From IMG/VR virus record IMGVR_UViG_3300013383_000019: a DNA stretch of 54,578 bases; one strand, given 5' to 3'. Shown here piece by piece: positions 9,059 through 19,800 of the stretch (positions are counted from its first letter, which is position 1; every line of letters starts with the position of its first letter). The notes beneath the pieces were generated by a model. That model was not told the DNA's origin. It was given only the letters and a program-made list of their open reading frames with translations, and searched no databases. The position numbers were made by a program, and so were the translations under genes. Source of the DNA: a virus. Lineage: Duplodnaviria > Heunggongvirae > Uroviricota > Caudoviricetes.

Positions 9059-10120
9059 TTATGCCGGCACGCGGATATACACAACGCCTTGATATCCCGC
9101 GCCACCGTTATAGTAAGTATTTTTGCCGTAGTACGGATAGCTATAGTTATCTTGTCCGTCTGTACCGCCGCCACCTCCACCGGAGCCGTAAAATGTCGCT
9201 GCGCTTCCGGCTGATTTTCCACCACCGGTTCCACCTCCGACACTTCCCCCGGGTGCGTTGCGAGATTGGTATACAGTCGGAGACCAGCCTTTACCACCCG
9301 CCGCACCGTTAGAACCGCCATTTCCAGCATAAGCACAGTTGCTATAAGTCGTATACTCGTCCGGGTCATATCGAATATTGTATTCGCCCGAACCGCCACC
9401 GCCTCCCGCACAATGGCATTGGAAGATCGTTGAGTCTCCAAACGGATATTTTGTTACACCGTCGCCCGTGCCGCCATTACTTGACGTACCACCGCCGCCA
9501 GTACCGCCGTTCGCGCCGCTAGCTCCGTTGGCCGAGAAAACTGTTTCGCTGCTACGGGTAATGGTGCTATTTCCACCAGCGCTCGCCACCGCGATTGCAT
9601 ATGTACCGGACAAGCTTTGACTGTCATACTGGGCGCAAAACGCGCCGCCTCCGCCAAGTCCACCGCCGGAGGAACCACCTTTCGCACCGTTCGCCCCGCC
9701 TCCGCAGAGCCAGACCGCGACGTTTTCATACGTGCCTTCCACCGTCAGCGTTCCGCTCCCGGTAATCGTGTATTGCGTATACGTCACGCCGTTTACGGTA
9801 ATCTCCTTTGTGATGTGCGCGCCGGAGTAGCTCATCGACTTCTTTTCCTGCACCGTCACGGCCTGCGTGACGGTTTTCGTCCCTCCGCCGAAGGATACCG
9901 TCAGCGTGACGGCCGTGGTTTCCAGCGTGAGCGTGGCAGGCGAGACGGTATAGGCGTTCGTTGCGATGCGCGTGCCGTCCGCAAAAACGAGCGAGACTAC
10001 CATTCCCGCCGGGTCGAACGCTTCGCCCAGATTATACGTCGTTTTCGTGGGCGGGGTGGTGATTTCGACGCTCTGCCAGACCAGAATATCGGTCGAGCCT
10101 GTCGAGCTGTTATAGATCAT
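9059..10120 (-). CDS. Glycine-rich tail protein, paralog 4, with N-terminal Ig-like domain
   Basis: Start MIYNSS; ITTPPTKTTY..GE.FDP.GM.V Ig-like motif followed by the Gly-rich module. Confidence 0.8.
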   Translation of the reverse strand: MIYNSSTGSTDILVWQSVEITTPPTKTTYNLGEAFDPAGMVVSLVFADGTRIATNAYTVSPATLTLETTAVTLTVSFGGGTKTVTQAVTVQEKKSMSYSGAHITKEITVNGVTYTQYTITGSGTLTVEGTYENVAVWLCGGGANGAKGGSSGGGLGGGGAFCAQYDSQSLSGTYAIAVASAGGNSTITRSSETVFSANGASGANGGTGGGGTSSNGGTGDGVTKYPFGDSTIFQCHCAGGGGGSGEYNIRYDPDEYTTYSNCAYAGNGGSNGAAGGKGWSPTVYQSRNAPGGSVGGGTGGGKSAGSAATFYGSGGGGGGTDGQDNYSYPYYGKNTYYNGGAGYQGVVYIRVPA

Positions 10121-10133
10121 GCGCGCCGCCCCC

Positions 10134-11300
10134 TTAGCCGAAGATCGCCACATTCGCGGTCACGTCTTCTGTAGGCGTATCCGAGCAGGTGAAGACCAGC
10201 GCGTTCGCCGCCTGCGCGGAGCAGTAAATATCCGCGTCCGTCCATGCCGCGCGGCTGCCGGGCGCATAGGTGACGATGACCATGTTATCAGCCGTCACGC
10301 CGGATACAGTCACGGTCTGAGTAGTGCCGCTCCATCCCGCCGCCGTCAGCGTGACCTGCGCCTGTGCGACGGTGGGCAAGGTGGGTTTGTTCAAGATAAC
10401 TGCATCTCCAGTGGTGGCCGCCCAGTCCGCTTGCACGTTTTTCTGCGCGCCGGTTTCGATGCCGCTGAGCTTGGTCTTTTCCGCAGTCGTGTAGTCGTTC
10501 GTGGACAACCCTTTGCCGGAGACTTTATCCACCTTGTTTGCGAACAGCGTACTGTGGGCGGACGTGCTGGTGTTGTGCGTGCTCACTGCGCCGCTCGCTT
10601 CAGCGCCCACTTCGGCTGCCGTGTAGGTCGGCTTCGACGCTGCCAGCGCCCAGGAGGGGATTTTCGATTTGATATAAGCCCAGAGCGCGCTCATGGGGCG
10701 ACGGAAATATGTTTTCGTGGTGTCCCCGCCGCCCGCATACTGCGAAATGTAGAAATCTGCGTCTTGAGGAGTGGCTGAAGCGGTATCAAGAGACTGGATA
10801 AAAACATTTGCGCTCTCTTTCAGCGTCGTCCTCCCCGACCCGCCGTATGCCGCGCCGATAACGCCCACGTTAACCGCGGCGGAACCGTCGTAGGTTTTGC
10901 CGTTGATCTTAATGGAATTGGTAACCTTGTCGGCAGTTCCGGCAGTCGCGGCTTTGCCTTCATACGATGTAATAGGAGTAAACGCCGAACCGCTCCAATA
11001 AATCGGTTTCGTCGCGCTACCTTTCGCCGCACTCCCCATTATTCCCGCAAGACTATGCGTGTGACTTGCTGCGGCGTAGTCCGTCCCCGCCACCGCCGCC
11101 GTGATGGTGCCCGCGCCATCTCCTTTGAGGATGCCCTTCGCGGTAATCTTATCCTGCTTCGCCGTCACAGTCGAAAGCTTGCTTGCCATCGTGTCAATCT
11201 TGTCGCTGTCGGCCACGCTGACCCCGTTCTGGGTGAGATAGTCACCCAGTGTGGTCTTCGCGCCGCTAATGCGATCAATCTCACCCTGAACGTTTCCCAT
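10134..11300 (-). CDS. Tail fibre-like protein (388 aa)
   Basis: Shares AGTDYAAASHTH, KPTYTAAEVGA, KGLSTNDYT and LTAAGW modules with 4277..6514. Confidence 0.8.
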   Translation of the reverse strand: MGNVQGEIDRISGAKTTLGDYLTQNGVSVADSDKIDTMASKLSTVTAKQDKITAKGILKGDGAGTITAAVAGTDYAAASHTHSLAGIMGSAAKGSATKPIYWSGSAFTPITSYEGKAATAGTADKVTNSIKINGKTYDGSAAVNVGVIGAAYGGSGRTTLKESANVFIQSLDTASATPQDADFYISQYAGGGDTTKTYFRRPMSALWAYIKSKIPSWALAASKPTYTAAEVGAEASGAVSTHNTSTSAHSTLFANKVDKVSGKGLSTNDYTTAEKTKLSGIETGAQKNVQADWAATTGDAVILNKPTLPTVAQAQVTLTAAGWSGTTQTVTVSGVTADNMVIVTYAPGSRAAWTDADIYCSAQAANALVFTCSDTPTEDVTANVAIFG

Positions 11301-11314
11301 CTTACTTCACCGCC

Positions 11315-12529
11315 TCAGATCGCCGCCAGCGCGTCGTAGATATCATCGGTGAGCGACACCGTGCCGCCCGTCGTGTACCCCGCCGGGATGGTAACCGAAG
11401 TTGCCGTCAGCCCGTCGATGGTCGCGCTGGTGCTGCCATTGTTGGCCATTGTGCCGGTGAGCAGCACGGGCAAAGACTTCGCGCTGTCCCAGCCGATTGC
11501 CGTCGTGTCCGCCAGCATGCCAGCGGCTGTGGCGGTCATACCGGTCGCGTCCTTGTACTTGGTCGGGATGCGGGCGACCGTGACGCTCGAGAGCACCTTG
11601 CCCGCCGTCGGGGAGATGGTCTGCGCGGATTCGGTCGGGGTGGCAGACTTCGTTTCCGTTACCAGCTTGACCACGCCGGTGCCGTCATGGTAACCCTTCG
11701 CGATAGTGTAGCTTGTGGTTGTTGTATCCAGTGTTTTCGAAACCGAGCCGTTATTGGCCATCGTACCGGTCACGGCCACAGGGGCCTCCGCCTCCGCGTC
11801 CCAGCCGATTGCGGTTTCGTCCTTGAGCAGCTTGTCTGCCGTAACCGTTACATCAGTCGCGTCGGCATACTTGGCCGGGATCGCGCCAACGGTTACCTTT
11901 GCGAGCACCTTCCCCACCGCAGGTGTAACGTCCTGCGCCTCTTCAGCCGGCGTGACGGTCTTGGTTTCTGTCGTGATGGATACCTTGCCTTCGCCGCTGT
12001 GATAGCCGGCGGGAATAGTATAGCTGGTTGTTGTTGTGTCCAGCGTCTTCGTAGCAGCGCCGTTATTCACCATCGTACCGGTTGTAACTTTGCCGTCCGC
12101 CGTCACGAAAACCTTGCCGGCCAATACATTACCAGCTGCTGCTGTAGTGCTCGAAACGTCCTGATACGCTTCCGGAATTGCCGCGACGGTCACAGCGGAC
12201 AAGCCATAATAGCCTTCATCCGATGTAATGCTCTGTTCTTTCTTCGTCGGGGTAACTTTCTTTGTCTGCAGGGTATAGTTGCCGCCGCCCGCAACGCCTG
12301 CAACAGTACCGGAACCGTTGTGGTATCCCTTCGGGATGGTGTAGGTCGCGCCCTCGGTAACAGTCGCCTGTACCGCGCCATTGTTTTCGATTCCTTCAAT
12401 CGCTGTAGCGAGATCGTCCAGCGTTGCGGTCGAGGTCGCCAGTCCAAGGTCAATCAATTTGGTTCTAATTGTATTTCGGTCGGTCTGAATTCGGGCAATC
12501 TGGGTTGCAATCGTAGTGGAATTCGGCAT
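11315..12529 (-). CDS. Tail fibre-like repeat protein (404 aa)
   Basis: Repeated TGTM.NNG..(S)YTIP.GYH.G.G.V units. Confidence 0.8.
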   Translation of the reverse strand: MPNSTTIATQIARIQTDRNTIRTKLIDLGLATSTATLDDLATAIEGIENNGAVQATVTEGATYTIPKGYHNGSGTVAGVAGGGNYTLQTKKVTPTKKEQSITSDEGYYGLSAVTVAAIPEAYQDVSSTTAAAGNVLAGKVFVTADGKVTTGTMVNNGAATKTLDTTTTSYTIPAGYHSGEGKVSITTETKTVTPAEEAQDVTPAVGKVLAKVTVGAIPAKYADATDVTVTADKLLKDETAIGWDAEAEAPVAVTGTMANNGSVSKTLDTTTTSYTIAKGYHDGTGVVKLVTETKSATPTESAQTISPTAGKVLSSVTVARIPTKYKDATGMTATAAGMLADTTAIGWDSAKSLPVLLTGTMANNGSTSATIDGLTATSVTIPAGYTTGGTVSLTDDIYDALAAI

Positions 12530-12543
12530 TAAAAATCAGCTCC

Positions 12544-12837
12544 TTAAATAGTGTTTAACAAAGCGGCGATATTGCCGATTTCAGCATATACTGCCGCAGA
12601 GGTAACGGGCAGGGTGTTGTCCTGTTCGACGGCGTCCGTTCTGACAACAGACAGCACGCCGTCCTCGGTAATCGTCAGCGCGTCGCCGACTTTAATCCCG
12701 CCCAACGTTTTGTCGGTTGCGGGCTGAAGCGTGAAGCTCCCCCCGTATCCGCCAACTTTCCCAACGGATACGTTGATGTTGGGCGGTTTCCATGCGGCCA
12801 CATTCACCTTGGGAAGGCCGACTCCATAGTCTGCCAT
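12544..12837 (-). CDS. Small tail protein (97 aa)
   Basis: Start MADYGV after GGGGGA RBS; LQPAT...LGGIKVG..L.I..DG.LS motif typical of phage fibre proteins. Confidence 0.75.
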   Translation of the reverse strand: MADYGVGLPKVNVAAWKPPNINVSVGKVGGYGGSFTLQPATDKTLGGIKVGDALTITEDGVLSVVRTDAVEQDNTLPVTSAAVYAEIGNIAALLNTI

Positions 12838-12842
12838 GGTTA

Positions 12843-13184
12843 TCATCCCCCTTCGTAATTTACCGCGTTGATCTTCGGCATTACGTCAAAGGGGCCGTTG
12901 TATGTCGCGGTGCGGCGCTTCTCTCCGACAAACTCAATCGTAAGGTCGTACGTCCAATGCCCCTTCGGTATCTTGGCCGTCTCTTCATACGATATCGTCA
13001 GCGGATAAGCCCCCTATTCCTCGTCGTAATGAAGCTCCTGCTGGAACTGCGCCGCCCGGCAGGTAAAGTAAACGGCGGCAATCCAGGCCGGATTTATCGC
13101 TTCGCCAGCGTCGTCCAGCAACGTAAACGCGCGATCAACAGAATCGCCCTGCACGAATTCAATCGCGGCAGAGGTATCGTTCAT
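12843..13184 (-). CDS. BppU-like small baseplate protein (113 aa) with in-frame TAG at codon 57 (13014-13016)
   Basis: GGAGGTG RBS; MNDTSAAIEFVQGDS...HYDEE*GAYPLTISYEETAKIPKGHWTYDLTIEF...VNYEGG, ending at a TGA abutting the next gene. Confidence 0.8.
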
Positions 13185-13208
13185 GCTCTTCACCTCCATA
13201 GCACATAA

Positions 13209-13241
13209 CAAAAATGGGAGGAATTAAAAACTCCCCCCTCT
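13209..13241 (-). terminator. Intrinsic terminator
   Basis: GGGGGAG...TTCCTCCC hairpin followed by ATTTTTGTT on the - strand. Confidence 0.7.
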
Positions 13242-13281
13242 GTATAATATCCAACGAAAACAGGTTTCGGTAGACAGCGCA

Positions 13282-14457
13282 TTATGCTGTCGTTGTATCC
13301 ATCGCCATGACGTTCACAGTCACCGCATCCGCGGGCGCGTCGTCGATGCACGCGAACGTAAGGCTTCCCGCCGCCTGCGCGGAACAGTAGATTCCGCTCT
13401 CCCGCCACGCAGCCACCGAAGCCGGCGCGGGTTCCACAATAATTGTGTTGCTCGCCGTTACCATGTTCAGCCCTGTGCTGATGGTCTGCGCCTTCTCAGT
13501 CCATCCCGCCGCCGTCAGGGTGATGGACGTAACGGTCGGAGGAGCCGCATAATCTAGCCCCGCCACAGCCAGCGTCACCTTTCCGCCGGTCGCCCGCAGC
13601 ATGCCGGAACGCTGTGTCCCTGATGTGTTGGGGAAATCGGTCGCCGTGTTCGCCGTGATCTTGTTCGGTCCCATAATATTCTTCGAGGCGGGCGTTGTGT
13701 AGCCGTCGATGGGTGCCCAGCTCAGCGTACCGTCGTCCGCCACCGTGGGCACAAACGCAGGCCCCGCAACGCCCTGAGGCCCCTTGATGTTCGCAGCCGC
13801 CGGTGCGGTTTCTGTGTTGTCTTTTGTCCAGCTGATTCCGCCGTCCTCCGCCACGGTCGGCTTCCATACGTCGCCCGCGGGGCCTTTGATATTCTTTGTC
13901 GCGGGCGTGGCGTAGCCTTCAATCGCGCTCCAGCTCAGGTTGCCGCTGTCGTCCACGCTTGGAATGAACGCGGGGCCTGCGGGGCCATGAAGAGATCCCA
14001 TGTTCAGCCATGCGCTGTTGTTCCACATGTAGACCTCGTAAGCTCCGGCTGTGCCCACTGCATAAAAGTCGCTCTGCGCGGGGTTTGACACGCCCGCCTG
14101 CAAGGCCGCTAGCGTCGCGTACACGCCCTTGATTGTAAAGTTCTTGCCGGGATCGCCCTGTTCGCCCTTCGGTCCCGTGATGTTGCGTGCCGTCGGGTTT
14201 TCCAGTTCAGCATTGTTTGTCCATGTGATATTGCCGCTTGCATCCACCGTGGGGGTGAAGGTCGCGCCCCTGCGGCTGATAAGCGAATAGTTCGGGTCGT
14301 CGTTCGCGCCCGTCGGAGCCGTGCCGCTCACGTCTTTAAGCACAATGTAGCCGTTGCCCTCATATTCCACAATGTCCTATTTTTTGTATTCCGCGCTCGC
14401 ATCGTATTTGCCGCGCGGTACGGTTACAACGCGGCCGAGAGAAATTTTGTCTGCCAT
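13282..14457 (-). CDS. Tail fibre with collagen-like repeats (391 aa), in-frame TAG at codon 27 (14377-14379)
   Basis: AGGAGAG RBS; MADKISLGRVVTVPRGKYDASAEYKK*DIVEYEGNGY is the common phage N-terminal motif LG.V...RG.Y.....Y..LD.V.Y.G. Confidence 0.85.
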
Positions 14458-14472
14458 GCCGGTTCACTCTCC

Positions 14473-15489
14473 TTAATTGTAATATACATCCATGCTGGGT
14501 ATGATCTCGCCGTAGAAGTCTGAAGCCAGGAAGTACAGCGTGCCGATGTGCTGGCCGTCCCATAGATCGCCGTTCTGATAGACGAGCGTGTTGCTGAAGG
14601 AATACCATTTGCTGTTGACTTTGACAACGCCATACACTGCGTCTGCATAATCCATGGACGGTGTGTCCTCGTTCGCATTGAAGTAGAACTGCGGAGGCGA
14701 ACCATAGAAGTCGACGACATTGGTAACCGTTTTCGATTTGACATACACCGAGATAGTCGCGCCCGAACCAACCGTAGCGCTCACGCCTCGAGAAGTCGTA
14801 AGCGTCAAATACTCCAGCCTGTATGTACTAGGCGTATCACCGTAAAACCACACCTCGGGGCTCGCATAGTTCTCCTCATAGTAATCCACCGCGCATTCCA
14901 CTGTCCGGTCATCGTCATCCACGTCCTTGACGCTCGCCTTCACTTTGTTTATGTCGTAGTTCTTCAGCACATTGCTGTAGATCGTCGCTTTCCAAACACC
15001 GTTTGTGTAAATGCTGATCTGCGCCGCCTCGCACCCCATAACAAACGGCTTCTGTACCACGTCGAACCGGCCGCTCTGGCTCCCCATGCAGTGCGCGTTT
15101 GCCGCGTCCATAACTGTCGCTTCCCATGTCGCGTAGGTGCCGGCATTCGGCAGCGTAAACGTGTAACTGCACGAGGTTGCCCGCGTCGGTTCCGGCGATT
15201 CGTAAACAAGCGGGTCTTTCCCTTCAACTGTCAGCGTGAACTTGTATCTGTACCGACCTGTGCCGCCGCTCACGTTCAGCATGTTGATGTAAAATTCTCC
15301 GCCCCACCAGTCCGCACCGTAAGCGTCTACTGTGTATTCCAGATTGGGCGAATAGAACAGCCGGGGTTTGTTGTTCTCGTCGCCAATCCAGCCCGCGACC
15401 ACGCGCACCGGCTTATTGTTCGCGTCGCCGTAAAACAGTCCCGCCACGTATTGCGGCTTGCTGTCTGCGTTTCCAATATATAACGCCAT
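14473..15489 (-). CDS. Tail-associated protein (338 aa)
   Basis: GGGAG RBS, beta-rich, lies in the tail block. Confidence 0.7.
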   Translation of the reverse strand: MALYIGNADSKPQYVAGLFYGDANNKPVRVVAGWIGDENNKPRLFYSPNLEYTVDAYGADWWGGEFYINMLNVSGGTGRYRYKFTLTVEGKDPLVYESPEPTRATSCSYTFTLPNAGTYATWEATVMDAANAHCMGSQSGRFDVVQKPFVMGCEAAQISIYTNGVWKATIYSNVLKNYDINKVKASVKDVDDDDRTVECAVDYYEENYASPEVWFYGDTPSTYRLEYLTLTTSRGVSATVGSGATISVYVKSKTVTNVVDFYGSPPQFYFNANEDTPSMDYADAVYGVVKVNSKWYSFSNTLVYQNGDLWDGQHIGTLYFLASDFYGEIIPSMDVYYN

Positions 15490-15495
15490 TCCCGT

Positions 15496-16878
15496 TCACT
15501 CTCCCGTGTCCAGCTGTAAATACAGGTAGCCCTTTGGCAGCACATAGCTGTCGGAAGGCTCCGACGTCCCCGTCCAGATTTCGCTCCGGAGGAACGCGTC
15601 CGTCAGCTCCCGCTTCGTCGTGCCAGTGCCATGATACATCTTCCAGTCCGCTGAAATCTGTACCGCGTCCTGCTCGTTGCCGATCATTCCAAAGGATACC
15701 CCGCGCCCACCGGCCGGAAAGAAAATCGGGTATATACCGGAAGAAAGCGTTGTGATTTTCGATACCGTCGAAAGCTTGTCGCTTACCGTAATCTGTATCT
15801 CGTGTACCACCGGGTCTTCCGTCGTCGGAAACTCTACCGCATATGCCTGCGTAACGTCTACGTCCTGCGTGCCCAGTGCCGTCCACGCCTCGTCGCCCAC
15901 CGTCCGGAATTCGACCTTCACCACTTTGCCGCCGCTGGTTACCGGTTCCAGCGCGTTCTTCCCGCCCAGCGGATAAAAGTTCACGCTGCAGCTTGCGCTC
16001 ACGTAATTGCTTTCGTCGTCCGGCATACAGTCGTCCGTGCTTCGATAGGCTTTCACGTCGTAGATCGAGGGCGAGCTGTAGTCGAGCACCTTCAGCGTCT
16101 TCCCCGTCCATGGTCCCGGAAAGTCGACTCCTGTTGTGGAACTGGCGATTTCGAGCGTTACATCTTCCGTTGTCACGCGCCGCTTCGCCGAGTCCAACGA
16201 CGTCGCATAGCAACGCACTTCGTCTCCAAAGATATCGATCTTCTCAAATACATGGCGCACAGTTAGTTGGGTTTTACTGCCGTATACGCAGCTGTTGCGG
16301 GATGCCTCGGGCACCGCGTCGTATGAGGCCGGTATCGAGTCCAGCTCTCCGTCGGACGTATATTTGATCGAGAAGGATTTATAATAACGCCCCACAGATA
16401 CCGCGAGGTCGCCAAAGTGGTAATACCCCGCCTTGAATGTTGCCGTAACTACAACGTCGCTCATCTTGCGGATGCAGTAAAGCGCGCCGTCCTGCAGCTC
16501 CCATTGCTCCGCCGCGCCGCCGCTCAGGTTTCGCACACCGAATACGGCGCTGGGTATTGTAACCGCTTCCTTGGGCGGCACGTTTACGCTGAACCGGGCT
16601 TGCTTCGTCGCCAGCGTACGTTCCGTGTCCGGCGCGATAATGCTGAGCGTAACCAGCACCGAACAGGATTCCGTCAGCGTCTCTGGAATAGTGAATGTAA
16701 AAATACCTTCCATGTCGTGCGTATACATTCGATCGTATTCGTTCCCGCCGACGTTAAACCGCAGATGGTTGTATAGCCACCTCATGTTTCCGCCAAATGT
16801 TATCGTCTGTTTTTCTCCCGGTTTTAAGGTGTCGTATTGTACCTTAATCCAACCCTCGGTTTCTTGCTCAACGCTCAT
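15496..16878 (-). CDS. Minor tail / baseplate protein (DUF859-like, 460 aa)
   Basis: C-terminal EIQITVSDKLS...GRGVSFG motif resembling DUF859 siphovirus proteins; follows the Tal-like gene. Confidence 0.65.
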   Translation of the reverse strand: MSVEQETEGWIKVQYDTLKPGEKQTITFGGNMRWLYNHLRFNVGGNEYDRMYTHDMEGIFTFTIPETLTESCSVLVTLSIIAPDTERTLATKQARFSVNVPPKEAVTIPSAVFGVRNLSGGAAEQWELQDGALYCIRKMSDVVVTATFKAGYYHFGDLAVSVGRYYKSFSIKYTSDGELDSIPASYDAVPEASRNSCVYGSKTQLTVRHVFEKIDIFGDEVRCYATSLDSAKRRVTTEDVTLEIASSTTGVDFPGPWTGKTLKVLDYSSPSIYDVKAYRSTDDCMPDDESNYVSASCSVNFYPLGGKNALEPVTSGGKVVKVEFRTVGDEAWTALGTQDVDVTQAYAVEFPTTEDPVVHEIQITVSDKLSTVSKITTLSSGIYPIFFPAGGRGVSFGMIGNEQDAVQISADWKMYHGTGTTKRELTDAFLRSEIWTGTSEPSDSYVLPKGYLYLQLDTGE

Positions 16879-16892
16879 GCCTTACACTTCCT

Positions 16893-19800
16893 TTATGTCC
16901 TTTTATATTTAAGCCCCATGCCCGCGGTAACGGCTTCCCATTCCCATACGCCGCCCAGCGCCTTCGCGCCCACCGTGAGCTTGTTCGTCACGTTCGCCTC
17001 TGTGATATACATTCTGTTGTTGCTGATATAGGCGATCTCTTCGTCTCCTTCCAGAAACGCCAGCTTTTCGTTGTCGATCTTCGTCTTGAACCGGCTGTTC
17101 GATTTGCCGATTTCCATGCCGCTCGCGTCTGTGCGGATGTAGGTTTCCAGCGATCCGAGCCGGCCGTCCATCTCCTCCGCCTGTTCCGTGAAGGTCTGCG
17201 TAATGCTGGTTGTCGTCTGCTCGATGCGGGAGGAGAGCTTGTCATCCAGCGTCGCCACTTCGGAGTTAATCTTAGCCGAGAGCACTTCAAAGTTGGAGCG
17301 CGTCTGGCTGAGAATTTCCGCGTTATACGTGTCGTCCGTCCGGTCGATGACCGTCATGTTCGTCTCGACGCTGTGGATTTCGCCCAGCGTATCCGTGTAG
17401 AGATCAGAACCGTCGATGGAGTATTGAATCTTCCCCGCGCTGTAAACCACCAGCTGGTCGTCCTCAATGGCAAACTCGCCGCCCTTGTAGTCGCCGGAGC
17501 GATAATAGGTAAGCTCGTTGCTGTGGTCGATGTCGAAGTACGTTCCAACCGTCGTGTATTCCAGCTTGCAGCTAAACACCGCGTGAAAGTCCACATCTTC
17601 GTTTGTCAGCACAATGCTGTACGGGTCCCCCGCCGGGTGTTTCGGCTGCCACATTTCGTCCGTTTTCGCCAGCTCCGTCACGTTCACAACCTTCTTGAGC
17701 GAAGAGATGTTCTCGTCCGTGATGTCACGCTCGTCCTCAAATCCAAGGCTGAACCGGACTCTTGTCGTCCCCGCCGGCAGCGTATAGCTTCTGCCAATCG
17801 TCCACCCCGTCCAGCCAAGATATTTGTTGCTGTCGTCGTAGCCGTAGATCGCGTATTTCAATCCTTCAATCGGCGTGATTCCAATCCGATACTCGGCGAT
17901 GGGATAATATACGTTGCAGTAAGCCGTTGTAGTCGCCGTGATGCTTTCCTCGTCCGGGTTCACGTCTTCGCCGTTCGCCGAGCTAATCCCGCCGGCGCGT
18001 AAACCAATTTCCATCTCGTAGGTTTTATAGGTTTGGCGTGTCCACGTGAAAGCTTCCGCGCCCAGGCTGTTTGTGATGTTCGCGCCGTTGCGCGTTACCA
18101 TCGGGGTGATCGTGGTCTGTGTCAGAATGTTGTCCAGATAGATACCGTTGTCGGCAGTGAGCGTCAGCGTCACGCCAAACAGGTCGGTCATCGATTCAAT
18201 CGCCTTCGGGATCACGTCCTCAACGATCATCGTGATGGATTTGTTGCTGCTCAGGTCGAGGCTCTGGCCCACGTCCGAGGCCAGCTTGTTCGCCGTGATG
18301 CTGCCCGCCCGGATGCGATCAGAACTTAAAAAGCCCGTTGTAATCGTGTCCGCCACAAGCCCTTCGCCGGTGCCGCAGGTACGCCAGTTCCAGTTGCCCT
18401 CATCGTCTTTGCCGTAGGCGATCATCAGTCCTTCGCCGCTCAGCAACATCGCGCTCTGTCCGGTCGCCGATTCCAGAATGATATTGCCGTTGTCGTCCGT
18501 GTACCAGCCGGAGCGGGAGAAAAGCAGTTTGTTCTTCAGAATATCCAGCTGTCCTTCCAGCCGATCGATCGCGATGGAGCCGTCTCCATTAATCGCCCCG
18601 GCGCGACTGTACAGGCTGTTCTTCTGATATACCATGTCGGACAGGCGGGTGATGCGGCTCAGCACACTGTCGAATGTTTTGCCAGACATCAGCACATCTT
18701 CGTTCGAAACCTCCGCCGAGTCCCTGCTCGGGTCGTCCAGATAACGCGTAACCGTTTTTACATAGACGATATCGTTCACGCCCAGCTCCGTGTCGTAAAC
18801 CCGCGCCCGGCAGTTCAGCGTCAGGTTTCCCTCCGTGTAGCCCATCGCTTCCGAAAGCGGCACCAGCGACATCGTGTAAGACACGGAAGGCCGGCTCACC
18901 TGCTTCATTACGTCGACCGCATCTTCGTAGAGGAACCGTTCCTGCCCCACCGTGTAGTTGCTGTCCGACCAGTATCCGTCCTTGAGCATGTCGCCCATCG
19001 CGTTCATGAAATTCGCTTCAATTTGCGCCTGCGTCTGCAAAAGGCCGGCCTGGCTGTCCGCGCCGTCGTTCTTCAGCTTGTCGATCTCAAGCGCCAGCGC
19101 CACCGCACGATGTACCATACTGTAAAGCCCCTCGATCGCTTCCTGCGCCGGGATAGCTTCCTGGTCTTCCGTCGCCTCCTGTGCCGGCTGCGCCTCCACG
19201 CCGAATCGGATTTTTGCCAGCTCCGCGCGGATGGATGTGATCTCCTTTTCGAATTCCTTCTTCGCGCTCTCGCTTGTGCTCGGGTCTTCGTATTTCTTCG
19301 TGATCGTTTCCAGCCGCTTCAGTTTCGCCTCGATCGCGCATTCCTTCGCGCCGATCAGGCTGTTCGATTTGGCTTTGCTCGCGTATTTCAGTATATAGGT
19401 CGAACCGGTCGGGATGTCAAATTCCTTGTTGTCGTCTACGGTTTCATACGCGCATTGCGCTACCGGAGTGTCTTCCACTACGCCGTCCCGCTTCGCTGTA
19501 TAAAGAACAACAATACTGTCGCCCTGTTTCAGGTCGCGGTCTTCCAGCGTCGCGCCCCCGCCATATACAGCCGCCGGGTTTCCCGCGCTGTCGTTAACGA
19601 TTTGACTGTTCTCCACCTTGTAGATCACGTAGGGGATCTGTCCCCAGAGGCCGTTCAGCTCCGTCTCTTTCTCATTGATCTCGGTCGTCTTCGCCATGAT
19701 CTTGTCCGTGGCTTCTTTCATGTTCGCAAGATAAGCGTCCAGCGCCTTCTGGTGCTCGTCTGTGAACACGCCGATTTCTTTGTAGTAATCAAAGTTTAAC

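Noticed and set aside
3519-10120. Diversity-generating retroelement or shufflon acting on the Gly-rich genes
   Set aside because: No reverse transcriptase or invertase in the window, no near-identical TR/VR pair with adenine-specific differences seen, and all genes have the same orientation
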